Part shown: positions 8,520 to 17,982 of the stretch, piece by piece
Layout of the letters: every line of letters begins with the position of its first letter
How positions within the stretch are numbered: the first letter of the stretch is position 1
From: Abditibacteriaceae bacterium
Lineage (GTDB): Bacteria; Armatimonadota; Abditibacteriia; Abditibacteriales; Abditibacteriaceae
NCBI GenBank assembly: GCA_031372065.1
Contig: JANMKN010000049.1
Location: forward strand, 1 to 39,964
DNA length: 39,964 bases
Direction: 5' to 3'
Program-made: the position numbers and the translations under genes
The notes under the pieces: generated by a model
The model's database searches: none
What the model saw: the letters and a program-made list of their open reading frames with translations, nothing else
What the model was told of the DNA's origin: nothing

Positions 8520-9208
8520 TACCCGTCGCTGCTCAAACGAAAGCCCATGCCGCGCACTGTTTGAATCAGTGGACGTGGATGTCCTTTATCAATTTTGCGG
8601 CGCAAATAAGAAATGTAAACATCCAACACGTTGTCGTGACCTTCAAAGTTGTATTGCCAGACGTGTTCGAGCAAAATCGAGCGCGTTAAGGTTTTTCCGG
8701 CGTGGTGCATCAGGTATTCGAGCAGAGCATATTCGGTGGCTGATAAATTGATTCTTTTGCCGCTGCGTTCCGCCGTGCGCGAGTCGGGGTCAAGCGTCAA
8801 ATCATCTACGCGCAAAATGGTGGACGACGAATTTCCGCGCCGCAGCAATGCACGCATTCGCGCCAGCAATTCGGCCAGATGAAAAGGCTTGGCGATATAG
8901 TCATCGGCCCCAGCGTCCAAACCGATGATCTTGTCTTCAAGAGAATCGCGCGCCGTGATGATTAACACAAGCGAGCGAACGCTGCCTGCGCGCAAGCGGC
9001 GGCATACCTCAAAGCCATCAAGACCCGGCAACATCACGTCCAACAAAATCAGGTCGAACTCTACGGAGCGCGCGGCTTGCACGGCGGCGTTGCCATCGCC
9101 GACCATATGAGTGACGTAGCCCGCTTCTTGCGTCGCCTGATTCAGAAAGACCGCGACATCGTCATCGTCTTCCACGATTAAAACGTTCACACCCAAAGTT
9201 TCGCCCAT
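8519..9208 (-). CDS. OmpR/PhoB family response regulator
   Basis: VEDD, LLDVMLPGLDG, GADDYIAKPF, winged-helix end IQTVRGMGF; stop overlaps the kinase start. Confidence 0.97.
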   Translation of the reverse strand: MGETLGVNVLIVEDDDDVAVFLNQATQEAGYVTHMVGDGNAAVQAARSVEFDLILLDVMLPGLDGFEVCRRLRAGSVRSLVLIITARDSLEDKIIGLDAGADDYIAKPFHLAELLARMRALLRRGNSSSTILRVDDLTLDPDSRTAERSGKRINLSATEYALLEYLMHHAGKTLTRSILLEHVWQYNFEGHDNVLDVYISYLRRKIDKGHPRPLIQTVRGMGFRLSSDG

Positions 9209-9268
9209 TGCTCTGGATTGCGTCTATTGTGGCGAGCCCACCTGCCCAAAGGACAGATGGGCTTTTAT

Positions 9269-9982
9269 TTACGGATTGATGATTTGTTTGAGCTTGACTT
9301 GCTCGCTGCCGCCTTGCACCTTATTCGAAAGCACAAATCCGACGCCACGGGCATAGAATTTCTCTTCGACAGCGCCAGGGGAAAGTCGCGTGAATTCTTT
9401 GGTCTTGAGGCAGTTGGTAAAGTTGCCAAACGGCACATTGGCTGTGGCATTGAGGGACAGAACCGTCGCCTGATCTTCCGCGACGTTTTTGGCGCGCTCT
9501 TGAAAATAGGTTTCACCAACGGTCGGATTGGCTTTCATAACGATGCCCGCTTGCGCGCCACTCACGCCGGCTTCAAACGAGCCTTCCGTGCTGACCACAT
9601 TGCCGTTGTCATCAAGTTCTTTGGTGTCTTCGCCGAAATACCAAACGTTCCCCGCCTTGTCTTGTGCGAACCAATCCAAAGTGGTTTCCTCCAGCACCCC
9701 GGCTACAAACGCTTTGTCGGTCACTTCACGGCAAGTGACGCCCTGAATTACCTTGGTTCGGTTGGTAACGGCGAACTCATCGCGCGCGGCCTCGCCGTCC
9801 TTGGTGCCTTCGTAAATGAAGGTGGTGCCCGGCACCAAAGGGAAAAACGGATTATTAATGAGCAACGTGAAGTTCGCGGGATCAACCACGAGGCCACCAC
9901 CGCTGCCACCATTGCAGCCACCCGACAAAAGCGCAGTCCCCACTGCACCCAGCAAAACAACCAACATCGTAATTCTTTTCAT
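9269..9982 (-). CDS. Conserved hypothetical lipoprotein
   Basis: AAGGAG RBS; MKRITMLVVLLGAVGTALLSGGC lipobox; beta-rich body (NPFFPLVPG, DWFAQDKAGNVWYFGE). Confidence 0.85.
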   Translation of the reverse strand: MKRITMLVVLLGAVGTALLSGGCNGGSGGGLVVDPANFTLLINNPFFPLVPGTTFIYEGTKDGEAARDEFAVTNRTKVIQGVTCREVTDKAFVAGVLEETTLDWFAQDKAGNVWYFGEDTKELDDNGNVVSTEGSFEAGVSGAQAGIVMKANPTVGETYFQERAKNVAEDQATVLSLNATANVPFGNFTNCLKTKEFTRLSPGAVEEKFYARGVGFVLSNKVQGGSEQVKLKQIINP

Positions 9983-10035
9983 ATTCGTCTCCTTGAAACT
10001 TTGCCCTTGGTTCGTCTGAACCAAACACACAACGA

Positions 10036-10115
10036 AGTATGAAAAACCAGTCTGTGAATTCTTTTTGGAACGTCTGAGAAGGAACTTAAATTTTCCTGTG
10101 AATATTCACAGGAAA
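10036..10115 (-). promoter_or_regulatory. Candidate OmpR-family binding boxes and -10 element for the lipoprotein-RR-HK operon
   Basis: CTG(T/A)GAA at 10052, 10074 and 10096 (22-bp period); CATACT on the minus strand at 10036-10041; perfect 24-bp palindrome at 10092-10115. Confidence 0.6.
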
Positions 10116-10129
10116 GCGGCGGCTCAGAA

Positions 10130-10252
10130 CCTATCCGAATAGGAGCGGGCGAACACCCTGCGCAGAGGGCACCCGTTCGTCCCTACGCAAAGGGCATTTT
10201 GTAGGGGCGAACCTTGTGTTCGCCCACCAAACCCAGTCCCTATTCCGATAGG
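10130..10252. repeat. GTAG-family REP doublet enclosed by 14-bp inverted repeats
   Basis: gtaggggcgaaccttgtgttcgccc at 10201-10225; inverted REP ending ccctac at 10147-10186; outer cctatccgaatagg / cctattccgatagg. Confidence 0.8.
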
Positions 10253-10255
10253 CGG

Positions 10256-10921
10256 CTACGGCGTGAACCACTTATTTGCGGGCGATTGTGAAGTGTAAAA
10301 TTGCTCGAAACGCAAAGATTTGCCGTGTCCATCCATAAATCCGAGGTTGCAACGCTCACTATGCCGTGCCGCAGGACGGGCGTCGTCTTCGTCATCAAGC
10401 GAAGACGCGGGCGCCACCATTTTCAAGGTGTCGGGCAATGGCGTTGCAAAATCGTCTTCAGTTCCTAAATCACCCAGCATAATTGTTGCCGCCGGTGTTG
10501 CGAACTGCGACAAAGAAATTGGCGTGGGCAAAGGCGCGTCCGTTAAGTCCACAAACGCCAGTTCATTTAAACCATAAGACGATTCAATAAAACGACTATC
10601 GCTGGGGCAGCGATAAACTTGCGGGCTTTTCATGTAAGGCTCGGTGATTTCGAGCCAATCTTTTTCGTCGCCGCCATCATCTTCGTAAGCCACGGGCGGC
10701 AGAATTTCATCGGAATCTTGAATATATTGCAGAATGCCTAAAGTTATCTGCCGCACGTTATTCATGCAACTGGTTTGGCGCGCTTTTTCTCTGGCCCGCG
10801 CAAAAACCGGAAACAAAAGCGCGGCCAGCAACGCGATCACCGCTATGACGACCAAGAGTTCGATCAGCGTGAAAGCGCACCGAACGGTTGGTGTTTTGCG
10901 GAGTTTTAACCACTGGCCCAT
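10256..10921 (-). CDS. DUF1559 / prepilin-type N-terminal cleavage protein with H-X9-DG motif
   Basis: [55 protein letters not shown]. Confidence 0.93.
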   Translation of the reverse strand: MGQWLKLRKTPTVRCAFTLIELLVVIAVIALLAALLFPVFARAREKARQTSCMNNVRQITLGILQYIQDSDEILPPVAYEDDGGDEKDWLEITEPYMKSPQVYRCPSDSRFIESSYGLNELAFVDLTDAPLPTPISLSQFATPAATIMLGDLGTEDDFATPLPDTLKMVAPASSLDDEDDARPAARHSERCNLGFMDGHGKSLRFEQFYTSQSPANKWFTP

Positions 10922-10990
10922 GAAACTGCCTCGTTTAGATTTACTTTATCGTTTTTCTATAAGCGAGGCGAATCCGTTAAAATCTTCCCT

Positions 10991-11845
10991 ATGCATTTCA
11001 GTGACTTAAAACCAGCGCATTCGGGCAAAGTGCGCGATATTTATGAAGCGGGCGACAATCTTGTTATCGTCGCGTCGGATCGCATTTCGGCTTTCGATTG
11101 CATTTTGCCGACGCCGATTCCCGATAAAGGCAAAATTCTTACGCAGCTTTCGCTGTTTTGGTTCGCTAAAATGAAGCACATTTTGCCGCATCATCTGATT
11201 AGCGCCGAAATTGCAGATTTTCCGTCGCCTTTCAACGAAATGGAAGAATTAGCGGGCCGTTCGATGCTCGTTAAACGCGCCGCTGTGTTGCCGATTGAAT
11301 GCGTAGTGCGCGGCTATTTGGCTGGTTCGGGCTGGAAAGAGTATCAAACCTCGCAAAGCGTTTGCGGCGTTCAATTGCCGCCCGGTTTGCGTGAAAGCGA
11401 CAAATTGCCGCAGCCGATTTTTACGCCGACGACCAAAGCGCAAGCCGGACACGATTTGCCGATAACGTGGCAGGAAACTGTCGAAATCGTCGGCGAAAAC
11501 CGGGCGATGCAAGCGTGTGAGGCTTCATTAAAGTTGTATTCCTTCGCTGCCGATTACGCTTTGCAAAAAGGCATCATCATCGCCGATACAAAGTTTGAAC
11601 TGGGCCTTTATGAAGGCGAATTGATTTTGGTAGACGAAGTTCTCACGCCCGACTCGTCGCGTTTTTGGGACATACAAAAATATGCGCCAGGTAGGGCGCA
11701 GGATTCGTTCGATAAGCAATTTGTGCGCGATTACTTGGAAACGCTCGATTGGGATAAAAACCCGCCTGCGCCGCCATTGCCGCCCGAAATCGCGCGTGGC
11801 ACTGCCGCCAAATATCAAGAAGCGTTGGCGCGCTTGACATCGTGA
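10991..11845 (+). CDS. purC: SAICAR synthetase
   Basis: SGKVRDIY, SDRISAFD, ECVVRGYLAGS, IADTKFELG, DEVLTPDSSRFW, DKQFVRD. Confidence 0.98.
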   Translation: MHFSDLKPAHSGKVRDIYEAGDNLVIVASDRISAFDCILPTPIPDKGKILTQLSLFWFAKMKHILPHHLISAEIADFPSPFNEMEELAGRSMLVKRAAVLPIECVVRGYLAGSGWKEYQTSQSVCGVQLPPGLRESDKLPQPIFTPTTKAQAGHDLPITWQETVEIVGENRAMQACEASLKLYSFAADYALQKGIIIADTKFELGLYEGELILVDEVLTPDSSRFWDIQKYAPGRAQDSFDKQFVRDYLETLDWDKNPPAPPLPPEIARGTAAKYQEALARLTS

Positions 11846-11879
11846 TTCGTCCAATGATTTCCACCCCGCGAAGGATAAT

Positions 11880-13421
11880 ATGGGCCTGACGCGCCGCCAC
11901 TGGCAACTGGTTTTCGCTTGCGCAGCGCTTTTAACCGGCACGGCGGTGTGGCTGTTTTTGTGGCGCCATCCGTTGCAACACGATGGCTGGAAAGTCGCGC
12001 CGAATTCAGTTTATTGGCCGCCAAAAGAATGGCTGCGCGCCGGATTTTTCCTTGTGTTTTTCGGCGGCATCGCGGCGTTGGCGGCTTATGATCGCTTTCG
12101 ACGCGCCAAAACGCGCAAAGAACAAACGCAATCTACAATTCTTAGCGTGCTGATGTTGATGTGTTTTACAACCGTGTGGCCGTGGGTTTTGCTGGGGCCG
12201 GATGGTGCGCCGAATCTGGTCGCCGTTTTCTGGAGCGATATTTCCAACGAGTATTTCGGCACGGCTTACCAAATTGAAGACGTGCGCCAATTTACGCGCG
12301 AGTATACGAATCTACAACAGCCGAAATCTGTGCAAAAAGCGCACGTCGCCACGCATCCGCCGGGCGCCGTTTTGTTTTTCTACGGCGCGCGGCGCGTTTA
12401 CGAAAATTCGCCTTTGCTGCAAAACAATATCACGGCGTTTTCGCAGTGGCTTCTTGGCCCCGATTTACAGCGCGTCGCTCTTGATGCTTTTAGCATACGC
12501 GACACCGCCGCACGTTCGGCGGGCGAAAAAGGAGCGGCTCCCTTGCCAACTGCGGCGGTGCCGGGCGCGTTGTGGGCGGCGTTGCTTTGTTCACTGGCGT
12601 TGGGATTTTGTGTGCCCGCGATTTATTGGATTGCTTCGGGTGCGCCGCTTGCCAATCCTCCGAACGAATCGCGCGGTTTACTGGCCGCCGCGCTCTTTGC
12701 TTTTGTGCCGATGGTCGGTCTTTACGCGTTTACTTTGGATGCTCTGGTGGCCTGCGGTGCGGTGTGGACTTTAGCGTTTGTGGCGCACGCGATTTCTTGT
12801 AAAAAAGACCTTTGGCTTTTGCTGGCTGGTCTTGTAATGGGCTTGACGAGTTTCATTTCGATTGGCGCCTTGGCAATCGGCGCGATTGTGATTTTCGTGC
12901 TGGGTTTCGACGCGTGGCCGCAGAAAAATCGCCTTGTGCTTTTGGTGCGCCAGATCAGCTATTTCGGCGGCGGTTTTTTGTGGGCATGGCTGATTTTGCT
13001 CTTGATTTTTCCGATGCAGCCGCTGGAGATTTTTCAAAATGCGCGAGCGGCGCATCATTTTGCCACTTTGTCCAATCGCGGCAACTGGATGCTGCTCAAT
13101 TTGGTTTTCTTCGCGATGTTTTGTGGTTGGCCAATTGTGATTTCGGGTTTAGCGGCATGGCGCGTGAAATTAACAGGCGGGCAGGGCGCGGTTTTAATCG
13201 GCAAAGCGGCGTTGTGGGCCATGTTGCTTCTTACTTTATCGGGTAATGTAAAGGGCGAAGTGGAACGGTTGTGGCTGTTTCTCGTCCCGCCGCTCTGCGC
13301 TTTAGCGGCGGCTGTTATCCAGCCGCACCAGCGCCGTTTGTGGCTGCCTCTTTTGATTTTGCAAGCCGCGCAATCCGTTTTGATGGCGGTTGGATTAGCG
13401 CCCTTGATTAGCCCCGTATGA
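11880..13421 (+). CDS. Polytopic membrane GT-C glycosyltransferase-like protein (MtxT/Rv0541c-like)
   Basis: About 11-13 hydrophobic segments, a large loop with HVATHPPG, and late EVERLWLF. Family assignment is from recalled motifs. Confidence 0.6.
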   Translation: MGLTRRHWQLVFACAALLTGTAVWLFLWRHPLQHDGWKVAPNSVYWPPKEWLRAGFFLVFFGGIAALAAYDRFRRAKTRKEQTQSTILSVLMLMCFTTVWPWVLLGPDGAPNLVAVFWSDISNEYFGTAYQIEDVRQFTREYTNLQQPKSVQKAHVATHPPGAVLFFYGARRVYENSPLLQNNITAFSQWLLGPDLQRVALDAFSIRDTAARSAGEKGAAPLPTAAVPGALWAALLCSLALGFCVPAIYWIASGAPLANPPNESRGLLAAALFAFVPMVGLYAFTLDALVACGAVWTLAFVAHAISCKKDLWLLLAGLVMGLTSFISIGALAIGAIVIFVLGFDAWPQKNRLVLLVRQISYFGGGFLWAWLILLLIFPMQPLEIFQNARAAHHFATLSNRGNWMLLNLVFFAMFCGWPIVISGLAAWRVKLTGGQGAVLIGKAALWAMLLLTLSGNVKGEVERLWLFLVPPLCALAAAVIQPHQRRLWLPLLILQAAQSVLMAVGLAPLISPV

Positions 13422-14281
13422 ATCAACAAATTTACGACGACGCCCGCGAAAAATCGGCGTGGCGCGACCTTTCGCATTTCGGACAATTTCGCGTGGGTGG
13501 AAAAGATGCTGCCACGCTTTTGCATCATCTCACGACCAACGATATTAAAGCCTTGAAAAAAGGCGCCGCGTGCGATGCTGTTCTCATTTCGCACAAGGGC
13601 CGCGTGCTGGATTGGCTGACAATTTTGCGCGAAGAAAAGTCGTTTTTTGTCATTACCTCGCCCAATCGCCGCGCGATTTTCAAGCCGCACATGGAGAAAT
13701 TTATTTTGTTCCGGCAAGATGTGAAAATCGAAGATGTCACCGGAAAAATGCACGGCATTTTCGGGCCGCAAGCGCAAGGCGCGATTCCTACCAAACGTTT
13801 GCCCAAGGGCGGATTTTTCGTATTGAATGAAGAATTTCCGGCTACGCCGCCGTGCGATGACGAAACTTATAATGTGCTGCGCGTGGAGGCGGGCGTGCCT
13901 GTGACGGGTTTGGAATTAACCGAATCTGTCAACCCGTGGGAAGCCGGTTTGGACGCTTCGATTTCGTTGCACAAAGGCTGCTACAACGGGCAGGAAATTA
14001 TCGCGCGCCTCAACACCTACCAAAAGGTGAAGCAAGGGCTTTGCGGCTTACGTTTGGAACGTGAAATTCCCTTGGCGCAACTGGCAAACGCACCGTCGAA
14101 ATTGACTTGCGAAGGCCGCGATGCCGGTTTTGCAACCAGCAGCGCGCTTTCGCCTCGTTTTGGGCCGGTTGCTTTGGCCTTTGTGCGCGGCGATTATCAA
14201 ACGCCCGGTCAAAAACTTGAAATTCATCTGCCAGACGGCGCACAAAACGCCACTGTTTGCGCATTGCCTTTTGCGGAGTAA
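13418..14281 (+). CDS. ygfZ: YgfZ/GcvT-like folate-binding protein
   Basis: KGCYNGQE signature, VGGKDAATLLH, GcvT-type C-terminus; ATGA overlap with the upstream gene. Confidence 0.88.
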   Translation: MNQQIYDDAREKSAWRDLSHFGQFRVGGKDAATLLHHLTTNDIKALKKGAACDAVLISHKGRVLDWLTILREEKSFFVITSPNRRAIFKPHMEKFILFRQDVKIEDVTGKMHGIFGPQAQGAIPTKRLPKGGFFVLNEEFPATPPCDDETYNVLRVEAGVPVTGLELTESVNPWEAGLDASISLHKGCYNGQEIIARLNTYQKVKQGLCGLRLEREIPLAQLANAPSKLTCEGRDAGFATSSALSPRFGPVALAFVRGDYQTPGQKLEIHLPDGAQNATVCALPFAE

Positions 14282-14285
14282 ATTT

Positions 14286-15182
14286 ATGGCTTCATGGGAA
14301 GATATTGCCAACGAAGTTGTGCCAGTGGATGCCAATATCGGCGGTTTAGCCACTGGCGCGCGGCGTGGAGACGCGAAGCGCGGACGCGCCGCTTCGCACG
14401 CTTCGGGTTGGCAAACGCCGCCCGCTAAAACAGATCGCGAGTTGAAGTTTTTGCCACCGCCGCAATGCTCTCCTCACGCAAGCTTCGATGATGTAATGTG
14501 CGGCATCGAAAAAACGCATCCGCGACGCGGCACACATTACGAAATTGTGCAAGACGCAAAGCACTACGACACGCCGTTTGGCGACTTTGCCACGCGTCTT
14601 GAGAGTGTGCTTAAAAACTCGCAGATGGAAACTTTAGCCGGGGCCAAAGCGCACGATTTGTTGATAATGGACATCGAAACATCGGGCGTCAATGAGGCCA
14701 CGCCGCTGTTTTTAATTGGCACTTTGCGCTTTGATGAAGACGAACCAAAATTAGAGTTTTTCTTGGCGCGCGATGGCGACGAAGAGGCGGCAGCGCTCAA
14801 TGCCTATCATCAAAGGGCGCGCGGCAAGCGATTGGTGACGTTCAACGGCAAATCGTTCGACTGGCCGTTTATCGCAAGGCGTAGCCGACGGCATGGTGTG
14901 CCGTTTTCTGACCCGATGTTCCATTTGGATATGCTGCATCACGCGCGTCGCAAATGGCGCGGGCATTTGCCCGATTGTCGCTTGCAAACATTGGAAAAGT
15001 TTTTGTGTGGCCGGGGCCGCGTTGGTGATGTGCCGGGCTACAAAATCCCCGGCCAATATGCCGATTTCGTCGAGCGCCGCCGCGCCGGGCAAAGCGCCGC
15101 GTGGCTGTTATCTCCGATATTGCATCACAACGCGCTGGATGTGCTGACATTAGCCGAAATCGTTTGTCTGGCACACGAATAA
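14286..15182 (+). CDS. RNase H-like DEDD exonuclease (YprB/RNase_H_2 family)
   Basis: MDIETSG, LVTFNGKSFDWPF, HLDMLH, LQTLE, HNALDV; start MASWED 4 nt after the ygfZ stop. Confidence 0.88.
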   Translation: MASWEDIANEVVPVDANIGGLATGARRGDAKRGRAASHASGWQTPPAKTDRELKFLPPPQCSPHASFDDVMCGIEKTHPRRGTHYEIVQDAKHYDTPFGDFATRLESVLKNSQMETLAGAKAHDLLIMDIETSGVNEATPLFLIGTLRFDEDEPKLEFFLARDGDEEAAALNAYHQRARGKRLVTFNGKSFDWPFIARRSRRHGVPFSDPMFHLDMLHHARRKWRGHLPDCRLQTLEKFLCGRGRVGDVPGYKIPGQYADFVERRRAGQSAAWLLSPILHHNALDVLTLAEIVCLAHE

Positions 15183-15199
15183 AATTCAAGAGGAAAATT

Positions 15200-15799
15200 A
15201 TGCAAAACGAAATTGCTGACGAAGTGGCGCCGCATCGCGTCGCCGAACATGAAATTGACGCGATTTTTCTCAATCGTTGGTCGCCGCGCGCCTTTTCAAA
15301 CGAGCCGATTGACAATGAAACGCTGCATCGCGTTTTTGAGGCGGCGCGCTGGGCGCCGTCTTCGTTCAACGAACAGCCGTGGCGCTTTGTTTATGCCACA
15401 AGTGAAGAAGACCGTCAGCGCTTTATAGATTTTCTGATGCCCGCCAATCAATCGTGGGCCAAAGATGTGCCGGTTTTGATTTTAATCGTTTCAAAAAAGA
15501 CTTTTACGCACAACGGATCGACGAACGCGGTGCATCAATTCGATGCCGGTTGTGCGTGGGGCTTTTTATCGCTTGCGGCGGTGCAAAACGGCCTTATCAC
15601 GCATGGCATGGCCGGTTTTGACCGCGATAAAGCGCGCGAAAGTTTAAATGTGCCCGACGATTTTGAAATTCATGCCGTTATTGCGCTGGGCAAGCGCGGC
15701 GATGCCGCTCAATTGCCCGAAGCGGTGCGCGCGCGCGAAGTGCCCAGTGACCGCCGCGCCCAAGATGAATCATTTTTTGAAGGCCAGTTTGCGAGTTAA
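15200..15799 (+). CDS. Nitroreductase family protein
   Basis: RWSPRAF, EAARWAPSSFNEQPWRF, HGMAGFD; GAGG RBS. Confidence 0.95.
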   Translation: MQNEIADEVAPHRVAEHEIDAIFLNRWSPRAFSNEPIDNETLHRVFEAARWAPSSFNEQPWRFVYATSEEDRQRFIDFLMPANQSWAKDVPVLILIVSKKTFTHNGSTNAVHQFDAGCAWGFLSLAAVQNGLITHGMAGFDRDKARESLNVPDDFEIHAVIALGKRGDAAQLPEAVRAREVPSDRRAQDESFFEGQFAS

Positions 15800-15809
15800 A
15801 TCACCAAAC

Positions 15810-15847
15810 GAAAAATCGCCGCGCGAAATTTTGCGCGGCGATTTTTC
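15810..15847. terminator. Bidirectional intrinsic terminator
   Basis: gaaaaatcgccgcgc-gaaatttt-gcgcggcgatttttc between convergent genes. Confidence 0.85.
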
Positions 15848-15857
15848 ATGTTTCGTT

Positions 15858-16790
15858 TTACACGCCCAGTTTTTCTTTGAAGTAAGGAAGGCTGCGTTGC
15901 AAGCCTTCTTCGAGTTCAATTTTCGGCTCCCATCCTAAAATGGTGCGCGCTCTGGTAATATCGGGTTTACGTTGTTTGGGGTCGTCTTCGGGCAGCGGGT
16001 GAAAGATGATTTCCGACGAAGAATTCGTGATACGCTTCACTTGCTCGGCGAATTCGAGAATAGTAAATTCCGTCGGATTGCCGATATTCACCGGCATATT
16101 TTCCTGCGAGTTCATCAGGCGATAAATGCCGTCCACTAAATCGGTGGCAAAGCAAAACGAGCGCGTTTGCGAGCCATCGCCATAAACCGTCAGCGGCTCG
16201 CCGAGCAAGGCTTGCTTGAGGAAATTCGGCACGATACGACCATCAATAATGCGCATTCGCGGGCCGTAAGTGTTGAAAATACGCACGATTTTCGTATCAA
16301 TGTTGTGCATCCGATGATAAGCCATCACGATGGCTTCGGCGAAGCGTTTGCTTTCGTCGTAGCAACTGCGCGGGCCAATCGGGTTGACGTTGCCCCAATA
16401 ATCTTCGGTTTGCGGATGAACGTGCGGGTCGCCGTAAATTTCCGATGTGGAAGCCAAAAGCAGTCCGGCGCCTTTGGCCCGCGCCAAACCGAGCGCGTTG
16501 TGAGTGCCGAGTGCGCCGACTTTGAGCGTTTGAATCGGCATTTCCATGTAGTCAACTGGCGAAGCGGGCGAGGCGAAATGCAAAATGAAATCTACGGGGC
16601 CGTCCACTAAAACGCCTTCGCTGACGTTTTGGCGACGGAATGAAAATTTCGGTGAATTAATGTGTGTGAGGTTGTCGAGCGAACCGGTGACAAGGTTATC
16701 AACGGCGACGACTTCGTGGCCTTCGGCCAGACAACGTTCGGTCAGGTGCGAGCCTAAAAAGCCCGCTCCCCCTGTGATGACAATGCGCAT
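15858..16790 (-). CDS. UDP-glucuronic acid decarboxylase (UDP-xylose synthase) family
   Basis: [55 protein letters not shown]. Confidence 0.93.
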   Translation of the reverse strand: MRIVITGGAGFLGSHLTERCLAEGHEVVAVDNLVTGSLDNLTHINSPKFSFRRQNVSEGVLVDGPVDFILHFASPASPVDYMEMPIQTLKVGALGTHNALGLARAKGAGLLLASTSEIYGDPHVHPQTEDYWGNVNPIGPRSCYDESKRFAEAIVMAYHRMHNIDTKIVRIFNTYGPRMRIIDGRIVPNFLKQALLGEPLTVYGDGSQTRSFCFATDLVDGIYRLMNSQENMPVNIGNPTEFTILEFAEQVKRITNSSSEIIFHPLPEDDPKQRKPDITRARTILGWEPKIELEEGLQRSLPYFKEKLGV

Positions 16791-16904
16791 AATTTGTTCC
16801 TGAAGAGTGTAATGCCTTCCGTTAAATCTGCTTGCGATTTTAACCGATTCAGAGTGCGCGCGTTGGCCTCGGCTTTTTCTCTGCCATACTTCCCCTTATC
16901 AAAA

Positions 16905-17837
16905 ATGAAACTTTCTTTTGTGAAAATGCACGGCTTGGGCAACGATTTCGTGGTGCTGGACGCCATCGCGCAGCCTTTGCCAGATGATTTCGATTTTTCG
17001 CGCGCCGCCACCTTGTTGTGTGACCGTCATTTTGGCATCGGCGGCGATGGTTTGCTACTATTGGACGCTTCAAACGCCGCTGTGCAAATGCGAATGTGGA
17101 ACCCGGACGGCAGCGAAGATATGTGCGGCAACGGTTTGCGCTGTATTGCGGCCTTAGCGCACGCGCGCGGTTATGTGAGCGAAGAATTCACCGTGCAAAC
17201 CCTTGTCGGCGCGCGTCGCGCCCACATTTTAGATAATAATTTAGTGCGCGTCGAAATGGGAAAACCGAGTTTTGCACTTGGCGACATCCCCTTCGCGCCG
17301 CCCATTGGCGTTTTGCGCGACGCGTGGCCCGTTGAGTATCAATTGCCGGTTGGCGATGCGCTTTTGCCGCACGTTACCAGTTTTTCGACAGGTTCAACGC
17401 ATACGGTTATTTTCGGCGCGCATCCCGATGAAGAAACGTTTCAAAAACTCAGCCCGCTGATTGAAAATCATCCGTGGTTTCCGCAGCGCACTTCGATTAT
17501 GTGGGCCGATGTGACAACGGAAAACCAAGTTCAAATTCGCATTTGGGAGCGCGGCGCGGGCGAAACTTTGGCGTGCGGCACCGGCGCCTGTGCCACGGCT
17601 GTCGCGGCACAAATAACCGGACGCGCCCAAACGCCGCTGCGCGTGCGCAGTAAAGGCGGCACGCTGATAATCGAACTCGACGAGCAAAACGATATTTGGA
17701 AAACCGGCCCGGCGCAAACGGTCTTTGAAGGCTCTATTGAAACGATTGGAATCCTACAAACAACGCTGCATGGAAAGCAGTCAAAGCCACGCCGACAACA
17801 CTGGGAAGCTGACGGAGAGCAGTCCGACACATCCTGA
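16905..17837 (+). CDS. dapF: Diaminopimelate epimerase
   Basis: KMHGLGNDF, DRHFGIGGDG, MCGNG, WERGAGETLACGTG; C-terminal tail runs into a repeat. Confidence 0.96.
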   Translation: MKLSFVKMHGLGNDFVVLDAIAQPLPDDFDFSRAATLLCDRHFGIGGDGLLLLDASNAAVQMRMWNPDGSEDMCGNGLRCIAALAHARGYVSEEFTVQTLVGARRAHILDNNLVRVEMGKPSFALGDIPFAPPIGVLRDAWPVEYQLPVGDALLPHVTSFSTGSTHTVIFGAHPDEETFQKLSPLIENHPWFPQRTSIMWADVTTENQVQIRIWERGAGETLACGTGACATAVAAQITGRAQTPLRVRSKGGTLIIELDEQNDIWKTGPAQTVFEGSIETIGILQTTLHGKQSKPRRQHWEADGEQSDTS

Positions 17838-17982
17838 GAGCAGTCAGAGCCAAAAAGGAAGCAGTCAGGGCCAAACCGGAGGCAATTGGAGGCAAACTGG
17901 AAGCAGTCAGAGCCAAAAAGGAAGCAATTGGAGGCAGAATGGGAGCAATCAGAGCCAAAAAGGAAGCAGTCAGGCGCAGAAT
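17773..17982. repeat. Degenerate 21-bp tandem repeat, about 10 units
   Basis: Consensus near ggaagcagtcagagccaaaaa, with variants such as ggaagcaattggaggcagaat. Confidence 0.9.

Noticed and set aside
9218..10042. 274-aa plus-strand ORF and the many other long antisense ORFs in the track
   Set aside because: They shadow well-supported genes on the opposite strand and lack motifs.
17773..17982. Diversity-generating retroelement TR/VR
   Set aside because: Tandem units, variation not limited to adenines, and no reverse transcriptase.
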